A program made the position numbers and the translations under genes. From positions 1 to 59,319 of the forward strand of contig DATJUC010000222.1 of assembly GCA_035502675.1 (NCBI GenBank): 59,319 bases of DNA, given 5' to 3'. Positions 37,301 to 43,544 of the stretch are shown here, piece after piece; position 1 is the first letter of the stretch, and every line of letters begins with the position of its first letter. The DNA comes from Candidatus Acidiferrales bacterium. GTDB taxonomy: Bacteria; Vulcanimicrobiota; Vulcanimicrobiia; Vulcanimicrobiales; Vulcanimicrobiaceae. The notes under the pieces were generated by a model. That model saw only the letters and a program-made list of their open reading frames with translations. It was not told the DNA's origin and ran no database searches.

Positions 37301-37905
37301 ACACGCCCTACGACGTCATCCCGTCGCCCTTCAACGCGGCCAACGGCTACGAAGTACCCAACGTGGCTTCGCTGATCCTGAACTACCGGCACGGGAAGTT
37401 CTCGGTGACGCCTTCGCTGCATTACGTGGACGGCTCGTACTACGGCTCGCCGCTGGTGTGGCCCGGATACGTGCCGCAGTCGTGCAGCAAAATGCCCAAC
37501 GCCGCCACGCCGGGCGAGTACTGCCCGGGCGGAAACATCGGTGCGATTTTTCTTCCCGATCCGTACACGGGACAGTTCGACGACCTCGGCTCGCTGCGCC
37601 AGCCCTCGGAGCTCTCACTCAACGTCCAAGCGACCTACGACGTGACGCCCGAGGTTTCGCTCGAGTTCCAGGCGGTCAACCTCTACAACTCGTGCTTCCA
37701 GCGCGGCTACGCGTGGGACAACAACGAGACGTGCGTTTACTCGAACTTGCCTTCGAACATCTTACCGCCGGCCGGGAACTTCGTCGCGAATCCGCCCGTT
37801 CAATTGAGGTATCCCTATGGGACGTTCTTCAACGTGACCGAGGTCGGCGTTTCGTCGGTGCTCCAGCCCTTCAACTTCTTTGCCAGCGTGAACGTGAAGA
37901 TCTGA
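34342..37905 (+). CDS. TonB-dependent outer-membrane receptor with an N-terminal carboxypeptidase-regulatory-like domain
   Basis: 1187 aa. Signal peptide MKRWIAAAVAASVVAALPITSQA. CarboxypepD_reg-like GTLHGRVVDAASGAPIAGATVTATSP..DGSGSFAFISLQPDTYTVSASKTGY. Plug-like GVYIRGGDVDQVAYEFDGLPV. The long beta-barrel region is rich in Y/N/G/S. TTG start. Confidence 0.8.
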   Translation: MKRWIAAAVAASVVAALPITSQAGTTGTLHGRVVDAASGAPIAGATVTATSPSQTASATTDGSGSFAFISLQPDTYTVSASKTGYDGQSQPGIGVYADQSSTANLALSRTLKTIAHTTSRSVQSLVHAGVTSDVYSVNSAGQKAASTLAGSGALTQAYGAIASAPGVNIPSNQQGWYQGVYIRGGDVDQVAYEFDGLPVTRQSDLAPIVTLTSLGSQEVQVYTGGTPATSNSSGLAGYINQVIKTGTFPGYADATLGVGSPAFYHQATVEAGGATPDRLFSYYVGISGANQDFRYADQFNGVSNPLYFYPLATPSNNNVYPILDGSGGPGPNYGAVFSPGYAYAQGTNFDRENVVNLHFGIPHKDSSLRDDVQALYVVGGISSEYYSSANEVWLNSPAARAGGLPYPMTYLDSYYYTGPLFSTPDPKSLIVGFFPSSPADRQVAAPIPVNQRDGNDNDYAVGKLAYQKNFNSNSYLRFLVYSEYSDWFINGPDSAQLYYGSDPADYEVYAHIYGSGLTYSNQLSSKNLLTGQVAFNEQKLQTYNATFSSTDPSTDNRLPTGLGTVLSNYVGSNGQCYNYVTGQPWSCFEVQTQGGCLFSTPAENNGGCYPGEAGRINLAPGTAPAGSPAALAHASWLMTENGYSSQVDNVMPIFTSYSVTDVWQPNDKLLVNFGVRLDHFAYATDDLEDGYPARQFWFDAYNDSFCGALGRATVMRTGAGATGPCPAGYFPLNAPGNGLSNVGAGLATFDVFQPRVSATYTIDPDTVLRGSYGKYARAEASSYYQYNTGQQNLASFISQFYPYGYHTPDHLIYPDTSNNFDLSLEKHVKGTKLSYKITPFYRNTQNQLQYQAINAAQGTLAGFNVGTQQSYGVEVSMQYGDFARDGLSGLLSYTYTDSRIQFKPINGQSVIDTLNTQIELYNSYTHACAHVTASSPNWQACGAGSDPGNAAPVLRNDQANSGASSLLIPNPYYHGTLQPLLDTSAWYTPYDVIPSPFNAANGYEVPNVASLILNYRHGKFSVTPSLHYVDGSYYGSPLVWPGYVPQSCSKMPNAATPGEYCPGGNIGAIFLPDPYTGQFDDLGSLRQPSELSLNVQATYDVTPEVSLEFQAVNLYNSCFQRGYAWDNNETCVYSNLPSNILPPAGNFVANPPVQLRYPYGTFFNVTEVGVSSVLQPFNFFASVNVKI

Positions 37906-37908
37906 CGC

Positions 37909-39504
37909 TTGCGCAGCCCACTCTTTCGAGCGCTCGCGCGCGTCGCCGCGCGCCATCGGCCCGGCCGGGCGGAGTTCCTGCGCACGGTCGCTTTGGCGAG
38001 CCTCGGCGCAGCGACGATCCCGGAGTTCGCCGCGTGCGGGAGCTCGGCGGCGCGCGGAAAAGAACGCGTCGCGATCGTGGGCGCGGGAATCGCCGGGCTG
38101 GTGACGGCGATGCGCTTGCGCGACGCCGGAATCGATTCGATCGTCTACGAGTCCTCGGATCGCGTCGGAGGCCGGATGCATTCGGAGCGCGAGTATTGGG
38201 TTGACGGCCAGCACACCGAGTGGTGCGGCGCCATGGTCGACTCGCTGCACGTCAACATCCACCACCTCTGCAAGCGCTTCGGGCTACGTCTTCTCGACAC
38301 GTACTCGGGGCGGCCGCCGCACGCGCGCGACACCTGTTATCTCGACGGACGATACTATCCGATGTCGCAGGCCGACGCCGATTTCGCGAAGCTCTACCCC
38401 ACCATCGAAGCTCAGCTCGGCAAGGTGAACCCCGACACGACCTACGCCAACGCAACGCCCGAAGCCAAACGCATCGACGCGATGAGCATGCGTGCCTGGA
38501 TCGAGCGGTACGTCGAGGGCGGCGTGCGGTCGCAGCTGGGCCGGCTGATCGACGAAGCCTATCGCAACGAATACGGACGCGAGACCACCGAGCTGAGCGC
38601 GCTCAACCTCGTCGCACAGCTGGGCACGCAGCGTCACTACCTTCCCGGCCGCCATCTCAACGTGCTCGGATACTCCGACCAGCGCTATATCATCGCTCGC
38701 GGGAGCCAGGCGCTTCCCGAAGCAATCGCGGCTTCGCTGCCGGCCGGCAGCATTCGGTTCGGATACCGGCTGCTGGCCGTGCGCCGGTCGTCCAACGGGA
38801 CGTACGAGCTGCGGTTCGCGGTCGATGGATCGACCGAAACGGTGAACGCCGACCGCGTCGTCTTGGCGATTCCGTTCATCGTGTTGCGCGGGCTGGATTA
38901 TTCGTCGGCCGGCTTCGACCAAGCCAAACGCAACGCGATCGAGAATTTGGGATACGGGTATCACACCAAACTGCACGTGCAATTCGACCGGCGCGCGTGG
39001 ATGCGGCCGGTGCACCCGTGGCCCGAGCCGACCACCGGCCAGATCTGGACGACCCTGCCCGTTCAGAGCGCGCTCGATTTCTCGCTCGCACAGCCGGGCG
39101 CCGACGGCTTGATCGAAGTCTTCACCGCCGGCAGCGCCGCCATGCTCGACACCCCTCCGATGCCGTACGCGCGCGTCGGCGACTCGCCGGCGGTACGCCG
39201 GCACGTGGCGGCTTTCTTCGAGCAGCTCGACCGAATTTGGCCCGGCGTTTCGCCGGCTTGGAACGGTAAAGCGACGTTCGGCAACGCGCAAGCCGACCCC
39301 AACATCCTCGCCAGTTACTCGTGCTGGCTGGTCGGACAGTACACGACCATTGCGGGCCACGAGGCGCTGCCGCAGGGTCGCGTGCACTTTGCCGGGGAGC
39401 ACACCTCGGTCGCGAATCAAGGCTTCATGGAAGGCGGAGCGCAGTCCGGATTTCGCGCGGCCGGCGAGATCTTGGACGATTATCGCATCCAAGCCCGCGG
39501 CTGA
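37909..39504 (+). CDS. Flavin-containing amine oxidase (monoamine/polyamine oxidase family), probable exported lipoprotein
   Basis: 531 aa. N-terminus ...GRAEFLRTVALASLGAATIPEFAACGSS has a degenerate Tat-like motif plus the lipobox FAAC. FAD fold RVAIVGAGIAGLVTAMRLRDAG..YESSDRVGGRM. C-terminal RVHFAGEHTS is typical of amine oxidases. TTG start 3 nt after the receptor stop. Confidence 0.82.
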   Translation: MRSPLFRALARVAARHRPGRAEFLRTVALASLGAATIPEFAACGSSAARGKERVAIVGAGIAGLVTAMRLRDAGIDSIVYESSDRVGGRMHSEREYWVDGQHTEWCGAMVDSLHVNIHHLCKRFGLRLLDTYSGRPPHARDTCYLDGRYYPMSQADADFAKLYPTIEAQLGKVNPDTTYANATPEAKRIDAMSMRAWIERYVEGGVRSQLGRLIDEAYRNEYGRETTELSALNLVAQLGTQRHYLPGRHLNVLGYSDQRYIIARGSQALPEAIAASLPAGSIRFGYRLLAVRRSSNGTYELRFAVDGSTETVNADRVVLAIPFIVLRGLDYSSAGFDQAKRNAIENLGYGYHTKLHVQFDRRAWMRPVHPWPEPTTGQIWTTLPVQSALDFSLAQPGADGLIEVFTAGSAAMLDTPPMPYARVGDSPAVRRHVAAFFEQLDRIWPGVSPAWNGKATFGNAQADPNILASYSCWLVGQYTTIAGHEALPQGRVHFAGEHTSVANQGFMEGGAQSGFRAAGEILDDYRIQARG

Positions 39505-39517
39505 AACGCCACCTCGC

Positions 39518-41374
39518 GTGCATATCGTCGGAACCGCCGGACACGTCGATCACGGAAAGTCCTCGCTGGTCGCAGCCCTGACCGGAACGAATCCGGATCG
39601 CTGGCTCGAGGAACAGCTGCGCGGCATGACGCTCGATCTCGGCTTCGCGCTTCTCGAGCTCGACGGCGGAATCGAGGCCGGCGTCGTCGACGTTCCCGGC
39701 CACGAGCGCTTCCTGCACAACATGCTGGCCGGCGCGGCGGGCATGGACGTTCTGCTGCTGACGGTCGCCGCCAACGAAGGCGTGATGCCGCAGACGGTCG
39801 AGCATCTCGAAATCCTCCGCTTTCTCAACGTACGCGCCACGATCGTGGCGCTGACCAAAATCGATCTGGTGCCGCACGAACTCCGCGACGAGGTGCGCTC
39901 GCGCGTCGCCGCGCAGTTGCGCGGCTCGATCGCCGAAGGTGCGCCGATCGCCGGCGTCTCCAGCACCAGCGGCGAAGGGCTCGAGCAGCTGCGGGCCGAG
40001 ATCGCGTCCGCATTACGCTCGCTCGCGCCGCGCGACGCGTCGGCGCCGGCGTATCTGCCGATCGACCGGGTCTTTTCGCTCACCGGGCTCGGGACGATCG
40101 TCACGGGAACGCTCATGCAAGGAAGCATTGCGGTCGGCGACGTCGTCGCGCTGGCTCCGAGCGGATTGCGTTCGAAAGTCCGAGCGGCCCAGGTTTTCGG
40201 TCGCGCTCGCGGTCGCGTCGAAGCCGGGGCGCGCGTCGCGCTGAACTTGCCGAGCGTGGACCGTCACGCGATCGCGCGCGGCGAAGCCGTCGTGAGTCCC
40301 GAGTTCGGCGCACGATCGTCGCTGAGAGTGCACTTCACGCCGCTGCAAGCGGCGGTGCCGTTGCTGCGCCGCCGCACGCCGGTGCGCGCGTACGTGGGCT
40401 CGGCGGAAGTTCTGGGCACGCTGATCTTCGAAACGGTTCCCGACGCGCAGCATTCGGTTCGCGCCGAGCTGCGTTTGCGGCAGCCCGTGGCCGCCTTTCC
40501 CGGCGTTCGCTTCGTCCTGCGGCGCCCTTCGCCCAAGACGCTGCTCGGCGGCGGCGAAATCGAGGCGCTCGGCGAGACGTCGGCCGCGGACGACGTTTTG
40601 CCGCACGAGTCCGCGATCGCCGCGCTCCTGCACGATCGCGGTCTCGAGCCGTCCGACGCGATCGCGATCGCGCTGGCGGCCAACGTGCGCGAAGACGTCG
40701 CGCAGTCGGCGCTGGAAGCGCTGGTCGAGCGCGGCGAAGCGTTGCGCGTGCGACGGCCCGAGGCCTACGCCGGCGGAGCGGTCGCGCGCGAGCTCCGCGA
40801 ACGCGTCGTCGCGGCGCTCGAGCAGGCGCACGCCGCCGAACCCTGGGCGCTGGGCGTGACCTCGATCGGCCTCTCGCGCGTGCTCGGCGTCGCGGAGCCG
40901 CTGCTGGTGCGATACGTGTCCGAGTTTGCGGAGGCCGGCCAGATCGTCGCGCGATCCGGATATTACTCGACCCTGGAGCACACCCCGGCATTTTCGGGCG
41001 ACCAGCACCGTCTATTCGAACGGCTGGTTCCGGTCGACGCGAGCGCGCCGCTTCGGCCCCGGGCGTTCGACGAGGCGGTGGCCGAGGTGCGCAAGAGCGC
41101 CGTCACCGGAGCGTCGAAGGCGTTCGACACGCTGCTGTCGCGCGGCGTTTTCGTCAAGGTCGGCGACGAGCTCTACCGCGGTTCGCAGATCGCGCAGATC
41201 GGCGCGCGCGTCGAGGAGTTCCTGCGCCGCAACGGCCGCATGACGGCCGCGCAGTTTCGCGATTTGATCGGAACGTCGCGCAAGTACGCGGTGCCCCTGC
41301 TCGAGTGGCTCGACGCGCGCGGCGTCACCCTTCGAGACGGAGATTACCGGACGCTGCGAAAGAAAGGTGCATGA
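39518..41374 (+). CDS. selB: Selenocysteine-specific translation elongation factor
   Basis: ORF 39350..41374 trimmed to the GTG at 39518, giving MHIVGTAGHVDHGKSSLVAALTG. G motifs DVPGHERF and LTKIDL. C-terminal winged-helix region ...GTSRKYAVPLLEWLDARGVTLRDGDYRTL is typical of SelB (618 aa). Confidence 0.9.
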   Translation: MHIVGTAGHVDHGKSSLVAALTGTNPDRWLEEQLRGMTLDLGFALLELDGGIEAGVVDVPGHERFLHNMLAGAAGMDVLLLTVAANEGVMPQTVEHLEILRFLNVRATIVALTKIDLVPHELRDEVRSRVAAQLRGSIAEGAPIAGVSSTSGEGLEQLRAEIASALRSLAPRDASAPAYLPIDRVFSLTGLGTIVTGTLMQGSIAVGDVVALAPSGLRSKVRAAQVFGRARGRVEAGARVALNLPSVDRHAIARGEAVVSPEFGARSSLRVHFTPLQAAVPLLRRRTPVRAYVGSAEVLGTLIFETVPDAQHSVRAELRLRQPVAAFPGVRFVLRRPSPKTLLGGGEIEALGETSAADDVLPHESAIAALLHDRGLEPSDAIAIALAANVREDVAQSALEALVERGEALRVRRPEAYAGGAVARELRERVVAALEQAHAAEPWALGVTSIGLSRVLGVAEPLLVRYVSEFAEAGQIVARSGYYSTLEHTPAFSGDQHRLFERLVPVDASAPLRPRAFDEAVAEVRKSAVTGASKAFDTLLSRGVFVKVGDELYRGSQIAQIGARVEEFLRRNGRMTAAQFRDLIGTSRKYAVPLLEWLDARGVTLRDGDYRTLRKKGA

Positions 41375-42405
41375 TCGATCCGGTCGCGCTTCCCAAGGCC
41401 GAGCTGCACGTCCACATCGAGGGCACCTTCGAACCCGAACTGATCTTCGAGATCGCCGAGCGCAACCGCGTGGCGCTCGACTACCCCGACGTCGAATCGC
41501 TGCGGCGCGCTTACGATTTCTCCGATCTGGCGTCGTTTCTCGACGTGTACTACCGGGCGATGGCGGTACTGCGGCACGAGCGCGATTTCTACGACCTGAC
41601 CGCAGCGTATCTTCGGCGCGCGGCCTCGCAGGGCGTACGGCACGCCGAGATCTTCTTCGATCCGCAAGCGCACACCAGTCGCGGCGTCGCGTTCGAAACC
41701 GCGATCGACGGAATTTGGGCAGCCCTGCAGGACGGCGCACGCGATCCCGGCATCAGCTCGCATTTGATCCTGTGTTTTCTGCGCGACCTGCCGGCCCAGT
41801 CGGCGATGGAAACGCTGGAGTCGGCGTTTCGCCATCAAGACCGCATCGTCGCAGTCGGCTTGGACTCCGCCGAGGTGGGCAACCCGCCTTCGAAGTTTCA
41901 AGCCGTTTTCGAGCGCGCCCGCGCCCACGGTATGCTGACGGTCGCGCACGCCGGCGAAGAAGGACCGCCCGAATACGTCTGGGAGGCGCTGGATCTGCTA
42001 AAAGTATCGCGCGTCGATCACGGCGTGCGCAGCCTGGAAGACCCGGCACTCGTCGATCGCCTGAGGCGACAGCGCATTCCGCTGACCGTTTGCCCGTTCT
42101 CCAACGTGCGGCTCAAAGTCGTCCAATCGCTCTCGGAGCACCCGATCAAACGCATGCTCGAGGAGGGACTCGTCGCCACCTGCAACTCCGACGATCCGCC
42201 GTACTTCGGCGGATACGTGGGCGATAATTTCGCGGGCATCGCCAAGGCGCTGTCGCTGTCGGACGGCGACTTGGTGCGGCTCGCGCGCAACTCGTTCGTC
42301 GCATCGTTCATCGACGACGCCACCCGCGATCGGTATCTCGCCGAGCTGCACCAGTACGCCCCGGCGGTCTCAGAGATGGAAGAGCGTCGCGACGCCGACC
42401 AGTAG
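41371..42405 (+). CDS. Adenosine-deaminase-family aminohydrolase (adenine/adenosine deaminase)
   Basis: The ATG at 41371 overlaps the selB TGA (ATGA). MIDPVALPKAELHVHIEGTFEPELIFEIAERN... has the metal-binding HxH. Later TVHAGE and CNSDDP motifs (344 aa). Confidence 0.85.
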   Translation: MIDPVALPKAELHVHIEGTFEPELIFEIAERNRVALDYPDVESLRRAYDFSDLASFLDVYYRAMAVLRHERDFYDLTAAYLRRAASQGVRHAEIFFDPQAHTSRGVAFETAIDGIWAALQDGARDPGISSHLILCFLRDLPAQSAMETLESAFRHQDRIVAVGLDSAEVGNPPSKFQAVFERARAHGMLTVAHAGEEGPPEYVWEALDLLKVSRVDHGVRSLEDPALVDRLRRQRIPLTVCPFSNVRLKVVQSLSEHPIKRMLEEGLVATCNSDDPPYFGGYVGDNFAGIAKALSLSDGDLVRLARNSFVASFIDDATRDRYLAELHQYAPAVSEMEERRDADQ

Positions 42406-43461
42406 CTCGAGAGCGATCAAAACGACGATGATCAACTCGAGAAACTCGTCGCGCTGGGCGCGGGCCCGGTCGCTCAGGAAGCGGTACATGTCGCCCAAGC
42501 TCGCGAGCTTGGTGTCGATCTGGCGCTGCCAGTCTCGCAGGCCGAGGCGCTGCGCGGCCGAGCGGTAGATACGCGCGTAATAGGCGTCTCCGACGACTTT
42601 GAGGGCGTTGCTGGAGCGATCGATGAGCTCCAGAACGTCGACGATCAAATAGCGCAGCGTCGCGGCCTGCTCGGCCTCCCGGCGGCCGCGTAACGAGCGC
42701 TCCCCTTTGCCCGGCTGCATTTTGTAGATCCCGTCGAGCTCGCGGTCGAGCACGGCGTCGTAGGTTCGCAGCTCCAGCAGCTGGCTGTTGGCGAACTCCA
42801 GGATGTCTTCGATGGCGCGGGCGCTTTCCGGGCGGTCGTAGACGAAGGCCGTGTCCCACTGCACGACGGTGAGATCGTCTTCGTGATAAGAAAAGCGCAC
42901 GCGCAGCGCCTCCTCGACCTCGGTGGCCGAGAGCCGCTTGCGCTCGCCCAAGAGCAGCCCTGCGAGCGAGGCAGCGTGTTCGTCGAGCAGCGTTTCGGCA
43001 TCGATCGTCTCCGCGAAACGCTCGACCTCGAGCGTGAAGTAATCTTCGACGATCGGCGGATGCGGCTCGTCGAGCGCGCGAGCGTACCGCGCGCAGATAT
43101 CGCGGATCGTCTCTTCGGCGTACCGCAGGAAGCGGTCGTCGCCGCGCGCGCGGTCCGCCAGCGCGAAAAGGTCGTTCCAGCTGCCGCGCGCGTCGAAAGA
43201 GAGGCGCAGCGACATCACGCCGTAGTCGTAGAGCTTCAACCTCACGGCGGCGCGGAGGTCGCCAACGTCGGCGTCGGGCAGCGTGGCGACGATCGGCGGC
43301 ACCGGGAATTGCAGGTATGCCGACGAGGTGTACGGTCCGGACGCCAGCGACGCGGGTGCGCGGCTGTCGCCGCCGAGCCCGCTCATAGCCGTGAGATCGA
43401 TCGTGTCCGCGACCTCGAATAAATAGTACGCGCGCACCGCTCCGGCCGCAATTTCGAGCAT
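42370..43461 (-). CDS. RMD1/DUF155-family protein with a C-terminal transmembrane helix
   Basis: Internal ATG at 43461 of ORF 42370..43563 (363 aa). LYDYGVMSLRLSF..., and the C-terminal pattern ...YYARIYRSAAQRLGLRDWQRQIDTKLASLGDMYRFLSDRARAQRDEFLELIIVVLIALELLVG. This matches my recollection of DUF155 (LEWIIIxLI-type end). Its 3' end overlaps the convergent deaminase gene by 36 nt. Confidence 0.55.
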   Translation of the reverse strand: MLEIAAGAVRAYYLFEVADTIDLTAMSGLGGDSRAPASLASGPYTSSAYLQFPVPPIVATLPDADVGDLRAAVRLKLYDYGVMSLRLSFDARGSWNDLFALADRARGDDRFLRYAEETIRDICARYARALDEPHPPIVEDYFTLEVERFAETIDAETLLDEHAASLAGLLLGERKRLSATEVEEALRVRFSYHEDDLTVVQWDTAFVYDRPESARAIEDILEFANSQLLELRTYDAVLDRELDGIYKMQPGKGERSLRGRREAEQAATLRYLIVDVLELIDRSSNALKVVGDAYYARIYRSAAQRLGLRDWQRQIDTKLASLGDMYRFLSDRARAQRDEFLELIIVVLIALELLVGVATLFHL

Positions 43462-43544
43462 CGAGGACCGCTTACAACCCGGCTGGCGGCGTCTCCTTGA
43501 CGCGTGCGGAAGGTTCGTCCGCTTCGCGACTCCAAAGGCGCTGC

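Noticed and set aside
37903-37911. The TonB-dependent receptor and the amine oxidase ORFs are in the same frame, separated only by TGA-CGC, with selB a single gene further downstream. This raised the possibility of selenocysteine readthrough.
   Set aside because: The oxidase has its own N-terminal export/lipobox signal right after the junction, which makes no sense inside a fusion. The receptor is already full length. I see no convincing SECIS-like hairpin in the about 40 nt after the TGA; there is only a CGAGCGCTCG palindrome. A shared frame has a one-in-three chance.
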